DNA of 64,000 nucleotides, from contig OY764216.1 of assembly GCA_963668315.1 (NCBI GenBank), positions 768,001-832,000 on the forward strand, in the 5' to 3' direction. The notes under the pieces were generated by a model that saw nothing but the letters and a program-made list of their open reading frames with translations, did not search any database and was not told the origin of the DNA. Both the position numbers and the translations under genes were made by a program. Positions 39,746-49,029 of the stretch are shown here, piece by piece (the stretch's first letter is position 1; the number at the start of each line of letters is the position of its first letter). Source of the DNA: Spirochaetia bacterium. Lineage in GTDB: Bacteria; Spirochaetota; Spirochaetia; DSM-2461.

Positions 39746-40852
39746 TCACTCGTTTTGTATAACTAAAGAATGAAATATATCCGTGTTATCTCTGATGCGG
39801 GATTGAAGGATTTCACCGTTTTCTCCCCAGATATAAACGGGAACGTTGACATCCGTATGACCAGTCGTACTCCATGAGACGTCAGGCAGGTTGTGAATGC
39901 CGTTATTGTTCAGAACCGTTAAGCCTCCCGTCTCATGATCGGCCGTGACGATGACAACCGTATCGTTTTTTCCGGAGGCCCAGTCAATTACCCGGGAAAC
40001 GGTGTCGGAAAGCTCCAGAACCTCGTAAATGTTCCGGATCAGATCATTGGCGTGTCCGGCATGGTCGATTCTTCCGGCTTCAATCATAAGGAAGAAGCCC
40101 GTATCCGATTCTTCCAGCAAGTCGAGGGCTTTCATGGCCATATCGGACAATTCGGGAAGGCTGTCTGTTCCGTCGTACATATAGGGCATATAGCCGGTTC
40201 CGAAGAATCCGAAATACTTGTCTCCGGGAGCGTAATCCAGCCCGGAAAGTTCGGTGGCATTCTGGGATACACGATAATCCTGGAGCTCGGCCATGGTAAC
40301 GGATAAATTGACATCTCCGCCGCCGAAAATGACATCCGGCCGGCTTCTATTCATATATTGCCGACCGATCTCATTATAATTGCTCCTATCTATCGTATGG
40401 GAGGCAAAGGCGGCGGGAGTGGCATGAACGATAGTCGCCGTGGATACAAGGCCGGTCATTTTTCCCTCATCCCGGGCAATTTCCAGCAGCGTCAATAATT
40501 CGGTATTGCCGTCCATACTTAACACTCCGTTATTCACCTTTTCTCCCGTAGCCATGGCCGATGCGGAGGCTGCAGAGTCGGTAATAGGGGAATTGGCGGA
40601 ATATGTGGTCATATGGGTTTTATAGGGGAAATCTTCAAAACTAAGATGACCCGTCTCTCCGTATTCATAATACCCAGCGGCTTTGATCTGCTCGTCTCCC
40701 ATCCCGTCCCCGATAATCAGAATGGTGTTTTTACTGATAACTTTGTAATCCCGGTCGGGATATGAAGGGAAGAAGCATGAATTAAGAGAAATCAAGGTAA
40801 ATAGAATGAGAAGAGAGGTGATAGGAAGAGGTTTTTTTTCTATCCCGGTCAT
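39746..40852 (-). CDS. Alkaline phosphatase (PhoA family), probable lipoprotein
   Basis: IGDGMG, TDSAASASA (catalytic Ser), HATPAAF, EAGRIDHAGH, TADHETGG; LNS-C lipobox. ATG 40852 preferred because the ORF-track TTG at 40888 coincides with a -35 box. Confidence 0.93.
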   Translation of the reverse strand: MTGIEKKPLPITSLLILFTLISLNSCFFPSYPDRDYKVISKNTILIIGDGMGDEQIKAAGYYEYGETGHLSFEDFPYKTHMTTYSANSPITDSAASASAMATGEKVNNGVLSMDGNTELLTLLEIARDEGKMTGLVSTATIVHATPAAFASHTIDRSNYNEIGRQYMNRSRPDVIFGGGDVNLSVTMAELQDYRVSQNATELSGLDYAPGDKYFGFFGTGYMPYMYDGTDSLPELSDMAMKALDLLEESDTGFFLMIEAGRIDHAGHANDLIRNIYEVLELSDTVSRVIDWASGKNDTVVIVTADHETGGLTVLNNNGIHNLPDVSWSTTGHTDVNVPVYIWGENGEILQSRIRDNTDIFHSLVIQNE

Positions 40853-40858
40853 AATATA

Positions 40859-40888
40859 ATTATAAACCGGAGAAATTACCCGGTGCAA
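40859..40888 (-). promoter_or_regulatory. Sigma70-type promoter of alkaline phosphatase (leaderless)
   Basis: TTGCAC, 18 nt, TATAAT, then ATG 6 nt later. Confidence 0.65.
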
Positions 40889-40925
40889 ATTTTGTTCTTC
40901 CCGACAGATAGAAGAAAAAGAACCC

Positions 40926-41930
40926 CTAATTCGTCTTCACCTGCATCCCCGCATAAACCGCCGGCGTAATGATATCCTTATCCCCCGACAAATCCAGATA
41001 GGGCCGCTCGTGCTCCAGGAACAGATCGACAAAAATCCTGGCGTCTTCATTAAGTAACAGCTGGTTTCCCAGAACCGCCCGCTCTTTGAAGTACTCCCCG
41101 TAGGCCGCGTCGGGCATAAGCAGGGAGTAGCGGAGGGCGGGAATCCAGACCATCTCCTTTACGGGAATCTTACGGCCGAACAGGAGGTCTACCCCCCAGA
41201 AATAGCTTTTTTCCCTATCGTCCGTGGGCAGGGTCATGTAGCCGATGGGAGCGGGATAGTTGGAGCCGACGGCGGTTTCAGCTGAGTAGATCCAGGGGCG
41301 GGAAAGATCGGACGCATGAAGGGTAAAGGCGAAGTGGTGGGGATTGTCTCCGTGGTTCGTGAGTATGGTCCGGTAATTCCCCAGGTAGAGTCCCGACAGT
41401 CCGTAAAAGCTTTTCTTCCCGAAGGGGTGGAAAAAGTATGATCCGTTGAATTGCGGTTCGTAAGGATAGATGTAGGAGACTCCCCCCCTGGCATACCAGT
41501 CGTTCTTGTCGTAAATTTCCATGCCCAGATAACGGGCTTCGTATCCCAGATAGTCGTAGTACTCCTTGATAAGGCTGATTGTCGCCACGGGCCGGTCGAA
41601 GGAGGACCGGAATTCATCCATACTCAGAAAGTTTTCCCTATAACCGGAGCGTACCTTGATTTTCTCTCCCAGTTTGAAGGTAAAGCTGACTTCGTCCGGT
41701 TTCACTTCCGATTCGTCTACCTGCACGGATATATCGGCGAACATTCCCGAGGAGAGATCCAGTTCGGCTCCCAGTTTTCCTTTCAGGTTAAGATACTCTT
41801 CCCAGTATCGGCTGGAATCGATGTCAATGAGAACGCTGCAGTTGATCTTGTTTTCGGCGAAGAGGGGCAGGGCGGCGAAGAGCATGAGCAGGGGGAAAAG
41901 TGTGTTTTTTACGTTGAAATTCAAGGGCAT
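40926..41930 (-). CDS. Secreted protein, probable outer-membrane beta-barrel/porin
   Basis: Signal peptide (PLFA-EN) and many aromatic amphipathic strands; 9 nt downstream of the CotH gene. Confidence 0.55.
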   Translation of the reverse strand: MPLNFNVKNTLFPLLMLFAALPLFAENKINCSVLIDIDSSRYWEEYLNLKGKLGAELDLSSGMFADISVQVDESEVKPDEVSFTFKLGEKIKVRSGYRENFLSMDEFRSSFDRPVATISLIKEYYDYLGYEARYLGMEIYDKNDWYARGGVSYIYPYEPQFNGSYFFHPFGKKSFYGLSGLYLGNYRTILTNHGDNPHHFAFTLHASDLSRPWIYSAETAVGSNYPAPIGYMTLPTDDREKSYFWGVDLLFGRKIPVKEMVWIPALRYSLLMPDAAYGEYFKERAVLGNQLLLNEDARIFVDLFLEHERPYLDLSGDKDIITPAVYAGMQVKTN

Positions 41931-41939
41931 GGTTGTTTC

Positions 41940-43034
41940 CTATAGATTGTTCTGGATCTGGCTGATCCGGTTATTGAGAAAGTCCGTCAGGTAGGTTTCC
42001 TGATCAAGAAAGGTCTGGTAATCGTAACGGCGATTGTGATCATAATAGATGGCTCTGTCTATTTCGGACATATACGCCGGGATCCGCGCGATCAAATCGT
42101 CCTTCGTGAAATCTCGTAATATCTCTTCATAGCGCGTTTTTACGGGGGAGCCGTCTATGAGGAGACGGGCATGGAGCCGGCTATACTCATTGTCCCGGCT
42201 ATCGGTATAGAGGGATTTGTCGTTGTCCCAGGGGAGAAGCGTATACTTCCCGTCTATGAAGGCGATATAATAATTGAACAAGGCCGTTTCATTAACCTTG
42301 AGTATGGTATGGGCCGCGCAGTATTGAGCCGTCCCTTCCACATCGAAATTATCCGCCACCCACAGATTCCAGGCGTCGTCATCCAGTTCCAGGAATGTGA
42401 TGATCAGAGAGTTCAGGCTTGTGAAGTCATCATTGTCGGGGTATTTCTTTTCCGTCTGACTCTGGAGGGGATGTTCGTCCCCGAAGGCATTGTTATCCTG
42501 GAATTCGCAGAAATGGCATTTGTAAAGTTCCAGTTTATCGGCGGAGTAAAAATCTTTGAGAACATCTCCGTCATAGATCGTTATTTTGTCGTAGTGGCCA
42601 AGGTATTCTCCATTCAGGAAAAGCGCCGTCGGTTCGACTTCGGGGGCGGGGATTCCCATCTCCCTGTATAAACTAAAGGCCAGCCGGTTGCGTATTCCCG
42701 ATTCATCATCATAACAGGCGACGAAAGCAAACTTAACATCATTTCCGCCGGTGTCCGTTTTCCTGATGGTGAATGAACGCTTGTAGCTCTGGCGGGTGGA
42801 AAATCCCCGGGACCTGATCCAGGCATGAAAGGTGCCCTCATCGTCTTCCATCAGGCAATGGGTATAAGCGCTGTCGTAATTGTCCGACTCCTTAAGGTAT
42901 TGAATCTCCTCGTCATCCATGGAAAGATAGACATTGGTGATGCCGGCTATCGCGGGACGGTCCCTATCGAGCATACCGCATCCGGTCACGAGGATAATAA
43001 GGGGAAGCAGCATAAGGGGCAGGCCGGACTTCAT
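41940..43034 (-). CDS. CotH kinase family lipoprotein
   Basis: VTG-C lipobox; IRSRGFSTR..KRSF, IRNRLAF.LYREMGIPAP, LFLNGEYLGHY, NYY, LLPWDND. Confidence 0.85.
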   Translation of the reverse strand: MKSGLPLMLLPLIILVTGCGMLDRDRPAIAGITNVYLSMDDEEIQYLKESDNYDSAYTHCLMEDDEGTFHAWIRSRGFSTRQSYKRSFTIRKTDTGGNDVKFAFVACYDDESGIRNRLAFSLYREMGIPAPEVEPTALFLNGEYLGHYDKITIYDGDVLKDFYSADKLELYKCHFCEFQDNNAFGDEHPLQSQTEKKYPDNDDFTSLNSLIITFLELDDDAWNLWVADNFDVEGTAQYCAAHTILKVNETALFNYYIAFIDGKYTLLPWDNDKSLYTDSRDNEYSRLHARLLIDGSPVKTRYEEILRDFTKDDLIARIPAYMSEIDRAIYYDHNRRYDYQTFLDQETYLTDFLNNRISQIQNNL

Positions 43035-43040
43035 GATGTT

Positions 43041-43069
43041 ATTGTAAGTTTTTCCCCAAAAAGAGCCAA
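43041..43069 (-). promoter_or_regulatory. Sigma70-type promoter of CotH gene (leaderless)
   Basis: TTGGCT, 17 nt, TACAAT, then ATG 6 nt later. Confidence 0.6.
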
Positions 43070-43147
43070 GGGGCTATCCGGTAATCATGATTTCGCCTAA
43101 TATAAATGCAAGAATCTGACCTATTCGTCTCCCAAAGGAAAGCCTTG

Positions 43148-43633
43148 ATGGATTTTTTATCCCAGTTATTCGCCTTCGATCTGGAATTCAATCTGCAGTT
43201 ACTCATCAGATTTATCATAAATCTCGTCGTCATTACACTGCTGATCACCTGCATCTATTCTCCGGTTAAGAAGAAGAAGGAATACCTGTTTGTTTTCTTT
43301 AACTTCAATATCCTCATTTTCTTCATTGCCAGCCTTCTGAGTAAAATCAAAATGGAAACGGGTTTCGCCTTCGGCCTTTTCGCCATCTTCTCCATTATCC
43401 GCTACCGGACGAAGCAGATTCCCATCAAGGAGATGACCTTTCTGTTTATCTCCATTATCCTGGCCACGATAAACTCCACCGTGACCATCGAGATCGACTT
43501 TCTCACGATTCTCATGGCGAACGTGATGATTCTTCTTTCCAGTTATGTCATGGAGAAAATCTGGCTGCCCCCCGTGGATTCGGAAGAAGAGACCGAGGTG
43601 AGGGAAGAGAAAAACGGCGAATCAGACGCTTAG
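43148..43633 (+). CDS. DUF4956-family membrane protein
   Basis: GFAFGLFAIFSIIRYRT..IPIKEMTFLF motif; several TM helices. ATG 43148 after AAGGA preferred (ORF track 43106). Confidence 0.8.
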   Translation: MDFLSQLFAFDLEFNLQLLIRFIINLVVITLLITCIYSPVKKKKEYLFVFFNFNILIFFIASLLSKIKMETGFAFGLFAIFSIIRYRTKQIPIKEMTFLFISIILATINSTVTIEIDFLTILMANVMILLSSYVMEKIWLPPVDSEEETEVREEKNGESDA

Positions 43634-44683
43634 GGCGTAAATCAGGCTTGTCCGGCTGTCAACGCCGACCTTATTATAGATATTCCAGATATGCTTTTTC
43701 ACCGTGGAAAGGCTGATCCGCAAGGTCTCCGAGATCGTTTTGTTGCTGTATCCCTTGTAAAGGCAATCCAGGATTTCCCGCTCCCGAGTCGTAAGACTGT
43801 AAACATTGACTATCTTGTCATAATCCAGAAGAGAATCGTTTTCACCGAAATCCTCCTTAAGCTGAATGGTTATGGCCGGGATATCGACGGGCAGATAGGA
43901 GAACTCCTCCGTGGCGGTTTTGGAAAATTCCAGCCGGTAGTTTTTATCGGGAGTCTTAACGGGGAAGGTTCCCGTGGAATCGGGAAGGTTGTTCAATACG
44001 GAGAGGAACGTCCGTTCAAAGATCCGAGAAAAGGGACGATCCCCCGTGAGCGGCGTATCCCAGAACCTTTCTCCCGTGTTGCGAATTAATACATCCTTAA
44101 GAAGCTCCCCGCAGGAGAGGATATGCCCTTCCCTGTCCAGATAAGCCTGATTGGTTTCGGGCGGGGGCTGCCGGAAGGAGCGGATGAAATTTTCCGTCAG
44201 ATAGGAAGAGAGGAAGTCGAAGGTCTGCAGGTCTTCCCTCTGATACTCCGGTCTGTTTATCCCGGCCCGGGCGATGGCGGTGAAACCGCAGAGGCGCTCC
44301 GTCAGGGTAAAGGGGATGTAGAGGCAGTCGGACACGGGGCGGACTTGCTGGAGGGGTGTGAAAAAGTCCCTGTGCTTCGGATCGCTCATATCGGCTATCC
44401 GGTTGTAGCTCACGGGGGATTTGCCGTTCATCATGAAATCCTGAAGAACATCCTTGGACTGCAGAGGGAGGTATACATCGTTGAAATCTCCGGGATTATT
44501 GGAAAAATAGTAGGTCTGATCCGAGTGCTTGTTGGGGAAAAGTATGGTGGCGAAATAGTGGCTGTCCAGAATCCGGCAGATCAGATCGGCCTGTTCCTTC
44601 AGAAAAGAGTCACTTAAATTTTCCGAGAAACTATGAGCGATAAATTCTTTTACATAGGGGATTTTACTTTCTTCAATTTTCAT
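43622..44683 (-). CDS. LuxR-family transcriptional regulator with N-terminal sensor (GAF-like) domain
   Basis: C-terminal LTTREREILDCLYKGYSNKTISETLRISLSTVKKHIWNIYNKVGV. Confidence 0.9.
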   Translation of the reverse strand: MKIEESKIPYVKEFIAHSFSENLSDSFLKEQADLICRILDSHYFATILFPNKHSDQTYYFSNNPGDFNDVYLPLQSKDVLQDFMMNGKSPVSYNRIADMSDPKHRDFFTPLQQVRPVSDCLYIPFTLTERLCGFTAIARAGINRPEYQREDLQTFDFLSSYLTENFIRSFRQPPPETNQAYLDREGHILSCGELLKDVLIRNTGERFWDTPLTGDRPFSRIFERTFLSVLNNLPDSTGTFPVKTPDKNYRLEFSKTATEEFSYLPVDIPAITIQLKEDFGENDSLLDYDKIVNVYSLTTREREILDCLYKGYSNKTISETLRISLSTVKKHIWNIYNKVGVDSRTSLIYALSV

Positions 44684-44744
44684 TACTAAAATTATATATC
44701 CTTTTCTCTATTTAACTGAAAAAAGGGGAAAATTCCGGGGATTT

Positions 44745-44764
44745 TATAGAACTTTAGTTCTATA
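44745..44764. promoter_or_regulatory. 20-bp palindrome, candidate operator of the adjacent LuxR regulator
   Basis: TATAGAACT-TT-AGTTCTATA with 9-bp perfect arms, in the divergent intergenic region. Confidence 0.6.
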
Positions 44765-44865
44765 TACACGATGCTGGATGTTTTTTTAGTATATCACATG
44801 TGAAGAATATGTAGAAATGTACATATTAATGACAAAATTTATTTACATCGATTCCCGGAGGGTAT

Positions 44866-46581
44866 ATGAAAAAGATTTTAGGTCTGATAGCGGCTTTACT
44901 CCTGATTTTTGCGTCATGTGAAGATCCGGCCAACTCAAGTGGCGGCGGAGATGATGAAAAGCTTTATGTGGGTACGTGGTATGCTGTAAGCGGTTCAAAT
45001 ATTTATACCGCGGAGATTAAAAGCGATGGTACTTTCAGCTATTATGAATCGGAAGAGGACGAATGGACGACCGGAACGTATAGAGTCGTAGATAGTACAA
45101 TCACTCTTATAAATGATGGAGAAACGAATGAAGGGGTTTATACCCTTACGGTGACCGATGAAACCATGAGTTTTTCCCTGGTGAGTGATTCGGATACGGA
45201 AAGAAGCAATATTGCTCTGTTGAGCTGGTCAAAAACCAATCCGAACGCCGTCTACACGGTAAGCGGTACGGTTACGGTTCCCGATGAGGCCGCAGGAAAA
45301 CATTATGCCGCCACTCTTGTTAATGATTCGGAAAGCATATACTTAAAGGATCAGGGAACGGTCAGCGGAACAACGCTCAGTTTCTCCATAAGCGATGTTA
45401 AGGCAAATGACTTTCAATTTCTTCTCGTCGTAGATATGGACGGTTCCTGGGGCGGTGATGCCGGTATAAATTGGGATGTAATGACCGAAGGCGACTATTA
45501 TGCTATGAAGGCCGATCTCCCGGTAAATCAGGATCTGGCCCTATCCGGATTAACCCTGGCAGAATACGATGATGAGCTTGTGGACGGCGATCTCGTCGGA
45601 TCCTGGTATAGAGCGGTTGATTGTGAACTTTTTGTTCTTTCTATCTATGGAGACGGAACGGCGGCATGCACCGTTTATCAGGATACCGAAGAGGAAAGGG
45701 TAAATTATGAATCGGACGGATCGGAAATTACGATTTGGGAAGACGGAGATTCCGAAGCGGATTATGGTACTTACGCATATGCGTTATCCGACGGGGAACT
45801 GATATTTACACTGAATAGTGATTCAGATACAGACCGAAGCGCCGTTGTTGCCGGAACGTGGACATCGGTTATGCCGGCAGTTTACGAAGTAAGCGGCACC
45901 ATCGCTCTCCCTTCCGATGCCACCGGGAAGAAATACTATGTCGGCATCGATTCCAATGACGACGGCGGCGACGGAATGAACTACATTACCGGTACCGTCA
46001 GCGGAAGCACCATCGACTATAGCGTAGGCGGGATTCCCGCCGGGACGTACTTCATGCACCTCGTCGTGGATGTGGACGATTCCTGGGGCGATGAAGAGGC
46101 AGGACCCGTGGCCAATGGAGACTACTGGGCCTTCTACGGTATGACCGGCGGAAATCCCCCCGAATCGGCGACCCTGGTCATCGACGGTGACAGAACGGTT
46201 GATTTGACGGCGGTGACCTTTGTCTCTGAGACCGGAGAAGGTACAAATACGGTAAGCGGTACGATCACCCTGCCCGTTTCGGTGAGTGAAAAGACCTATT
46301 ATATCTGTCTTGATACGAATTTGAACGGGGATGATGGAATGGAAGGTTTTCTTTCAGAACAGGTGACCGGAACTTCTATTAACTACTCGTTTTCCAACGT
46401 TTCCGATGGAACCTATTACCTCTATGCGATTGTCGACATGGATGGTTCCGGTGAAGGAATTTCTTCGGGGGACTACTGGATGTTCAACGGGATGGTCAAT
46501 TCGAATCCTTCCACCGCGGAGAGTATTGACGTTGCCGGAGATGTGTCTGTCGACATGACTCTGGAAGCTTATACGGGCTGA
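44866..46581 (+). CDS. Acidic multidomain lipoprotein with internal repeats
   Basis: IFAS-C lipobox; two VG[TS]WY modules and three VSGT[VI]..P...VD.D.S...GDY[YW] modules; GGAGG RBS. Confidence 0.8.
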   Translation: MKKILGLIAALLLIFASCEDPANSSGGGDDEKLYVGTWYAVSGSNIYTAEIKSDGTFSYYESEEDEWTTGTYRVVDSTITLINDGETNEGVYTLTVTDETMSFSLVSDSDTERSNIALLSWSKTNPNAVYTVSGTVTVPDEAAGKHYAATLVNDSESIYLKDQGTVSGTTLSFSISDVKANDFQFLLVVDMDGSWGGDAGINWDVMTEGDYYAMKADLPVNQDLALSGLTLAEYDDELVDGDLVGSWYRAVDCELFVLSIYGDGTAACTVYQDTEEERVNYESDGSEITIWEDGDSEADYGTYAYALSDGELIFTLNSDSDTDRSAVVAGTWTSVMPAVYEVSGTIALPSDATGKKYYVGIDSNDDGGDGMNYITGTVSGSTIDYSVGGIPAGTYFMHLVVDVDDSWGDEEAGPVANGDYWAFYGMTGGNPPESATLVIDGDRTVDLTAVTFVSETGEGTNTVSGTITLPVSVSEKTYYICLDTNLNGDDGMEGFLSEQVTGTSINYSFSNVSDGTYYLYAIVDMDGSGEGISSGDYWMFNGMVNSNPSTAESIDVAGDVSVDMTLEAYTG

Positions 46582-46587
46582 TCTCTC

Positions 46588-46616
46588 TTGCAAACAACGC
46601 CATGTGGCGCTATACT
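46588..46616 (+). promoter_or_regulatory. Sigma70 promoter of the toxin-antitoxin operon with a palindrome in the spacer
   Basis: TTGCAA, 17 nt, TATACT; CGCCA-TG-TGGCG at 46598-46609. Confidence 0.75.
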
Positions 46617-46635
46617 GTAAAGACAGGAGGCGCCT

Positions 46636-47040
46636 ATGGCTTTGACAGAGATTTTACAGACGCAGAAGGAACTCAGTCCCGAGGAGTGCCGCCGTCTATT
46701 GGACGAGGGCATCCGCAAGGAGCAGTTCCTTCAGATTGCCAAAGCCGTGGCCAGCGTGAATCTGCTGACCCGGATAGCCGGCATAAGCACGCGTTCCCTG
46801 TCCCGTATCAAAGCGCAGGAAACGATCCCCGACCATGCCGCCGAAGTGGTCCTGTCTCTGATCCGGATTCTTTTGAAGGGAGCGGAGGTGTTCGGCGGTG
46901 TGGAGGAGACCGGCCTCTGGCTCAACAGGCCCAACCGGGCCCTCCGCGATGTTATTCCCCTGGAGATGCTTAAAAGCCGATTCGGCGCGGAAGAGGTAAT
47001 GGATGTCCTTGTTCGTCTGGAACACGGCGTCTATTCCTGA
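46636..47040 (+). CDS. Xre/MbcA/ParS-type antitoxin
   Basis: HTH-like AGISTRSLSR; C-terminal VFGG....WLNRPNRAL....PLEML....GAEEV..VL.RLEHGVYS. Confidence 0.9.
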   Translation: MALTEILQTQKELSPEECRRLLDEGIRKEQFLQIAKAVASVNLLTRIAGISTRSLSRIKAQETIPDHAAEVVLSLIRILLKGAEVFGGVEETGLWLNRPNRALRDVIPLEMLKSRFGAEEVMDVLVRLEHGVYS

Positions 47041-47525
47041 TGATTGTCTACCGTATTTCCCAGGAAAAATGGGTCCGTGATCTTTCCGGGCGGGGGGCCG
47101 AGATCGCCGGCGGGCGATGGAACCATAAGGGATATCCCGCCGTTTATACCTCCTGTTCCCTGGCCCTTTGCGTCTGCGAAATTCTTGTCCATACCGATTC
47201 CGACCTGCCGCCGGTGAACATGCACAGGGCCAGGCTGGATATTCCCGACAATCTGATCAATGAGGATCTGCGGGATTTCGACTGGACCGGCGATTCCAGG
47301 AAAATCGGGACCGAATGGCTGAAGACGCAGGATCGCCCGGCTCTGCTGGTGCCGTCCATTGTGGTTCCCAGCGAGTTCAATCTGCTCTTGAATCCCCGCC
47401 ATCGGGATATTTTCCGGGTGAAATTACTCGATTCCCAACCCTTTGCCTTCGATCCCCGTTTCTTTTCTGAAAAAGAGCCTGAAAAACCCATCGATCTGGA
47501 CAATATTCTTACTTTTCTGCCCTGA
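47040..47525 (+). CDS. RES-domain toxin (NAD+ phosphorylase/mART family)
   Basis: VYRI, LSGRGA..AGGRWN..G..AVYTS, CE.LVH, LLVPS.VVP.E.N.LLNP.H; TGATG coupling to the antitoxin. Confidence 0.92.
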   Translation: MIVYRISQEKWVRDLSGRGAEIAGGRWNHKGYPAVYTSCSLALCVCEILVHTDSDLPPVNMHRARLDIPDNLINEDLRDFDWTGDSRKIGTEWLKTQDRPALLVPSIVVPSEFNLLLNPRHRDIFRVKLLDSQPFAFDPRFFSEKEPEKPIDLDNILTFLP

Positions 47526-47586
47526 CTCCCTGTTCGCGGGGTTTTCACGTAAGACGTAATCTCCCTTTTGCTATATAATAGCTCCG

Positions 47587-49029
47587 ATGGTCGTTAAACT
47601 CGCTCTGCGCAACGCTCTGCGACACGGTAAAAGCTCCCTTTTGATTCTCTTTTTCATGACGGCGGTGGGCATGGTCTTTATGGGGGGGAATTCCCTTCTG
47701 GTCTCCGTCAACCGCTCCATGCGGGAGGGATTCCGCGACTATCTGACGGCCGACGGAGTCATCCTGTCCCCGACCGAAGAGCCCATGTCTCTCTTCGGTG
47801 CTTCCGCCCCCTCCCTGGGGGATTTTTACACCCTTCCCACTTTAAAGCACCGACATGAGATGGAGAGCCTGATAGAAGGCCGGGGGATGGTTTCCACCCC
47901 TTTGATTTCAGGCTCGGCTCTGATGGAAGCTTCCGGGTTCAGCAGGGGAATCCCCTTTTTCGGGATAGATCCCGAATCCTACTTCTCCCTTTTTCCCGAG
48001 GCGGAGATGACAGGGGGACAGAGGGACTTTTCCGGTTCCGGCGCGTTGGTCTCCCAGGCCCTGGCGGAAGAGTGGGAGAAAGAGACGGGAACACCCCTCA
48101 GACCGGGGGATTTTGTGAAATTCAGTACTCTCGGGGATATCGGCTTTACCATAAGGCTTGTGCCCGTGGCGGGGATATACCGTTTTCCCTATGCCCATCC
48201 CCTTATCGATTCCCTGGTGCTTCTGGACGGGAAGACCGCCCGCGATCTGGTCCGGGTTCTGGCCGATCAGACGAAGGATACATCCCCCGAAGAGGCCAGC
48301 GATCTCTTCGATAGGGACCTGGACGATCTGTTTTCTGAAGATTTCGCTGCGGCCGACGGGGAGGAGGGAGAAGATATCCTCTCCTCTCTGGATGCTCTTT
48401 TTGACGAACCTCTGCCCGACCCTCCTTCCGATCCCCTGGAGGGAAGCTGGCATTTTCTGCTTGTCCGCTTTGCCCGGCCGGGGCAGTACGGCCGACAGCT
48501 GGGAGAGCTGGAAGCTCTTGTCTCCGATTACCCCTCGCAGGTTCTGAACTGGCGTCAGGCTGCCGGTACCACCGCCGGGTACGCCCATTTTATCCAGCTC
48601 TTTTTTTACGGCGGATTCGCCCTGATTCTCCTGGCCGGCGTTCTGGGCATCGTGAATATTATGCTTATCAGTCTGTTCCAGAGAACCGTGGAAATAGGGA
48701 CGATTCAGGCGCTGGGGGGAACCTTCGGATTTATCCGGCGCCTTCTCGGGCTGGAATACTTCTCCCTCTCCCTGGCAGGGGGTGCCTTAAGCCTGATTAT
48801 GTCCCGGATTCTTTTTCTCTTTCTGAACAGCCGGGAGATCGTTTTAAGGAATTCCCTTTTAAATCTCGTATTCGGAGGCAGGGCTCTCTTTTTTCCCTTT
48901 ACCCCGGGACTGGCCGGAGTGACATTGATTCTCTGCCTGCTGACCGGCTGGGTCTCCTCCCTCTACCCCATAGGAAAAGCCCTGGCCCTCCCTCCGGTGG
49001 ATGCCTTGAAGGGAGGGAATCTTGAATAA
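47587..49029 (+). CDS. FtsX/LolC-E-like ABC permease 1
   Basis: LALRNALRH, large periplasmic domain, QRTVEIGTIQALGG, C-terminal YP...A....PVDAL. Confidence 0.88.
   Translation: MVVKLALRNALRHGKSSLLILFFMTAVGMVFMGGNSLLVSVNRSMREGFRDYLTADGVILSPTEEPMSLFGASAPSLGDFYTLPTLKHRHEMESLIEGRGMVSTPLISGSALMEASGFSRGIPFFGIDPESYFSLFPEAEMTGGQRDFSGSGALVSQALAEEWEKETGTPLRPGDFVKFSTLGDIGFTIRLVPVAGIYRFPYAHPLIDSLVLLDGKTARDLVRVLADQTKDTSPEEASDLFDRDLDDLFSEDFAAADGEEGEDILSSLDALFDEPLPDPPSDPLEGSWHFLLVRFARPGQYGRQLGELEALVSDYPSQVLNWRQAAGTTAGYAHFIQLFFYGGFALILLAGVLGIVNIMLISLFQRTVEIGTIQALGGTFGFIRRLLGLEYFSLSLAGGALSLIMSRILFLFLNSREIVLRNSLLNLVFGGRALFFPFTPGLAGVTLILCLLTGWVSSLYPIGKALALPPVDALKGGNLE

Noticed and set aside
46602..46973. Alternative-frame ORF over the antitoxin
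   Set aside because: Starts inside the promoter spacer and has no motifs; the antitoxin frame has an RBS and a family signature.
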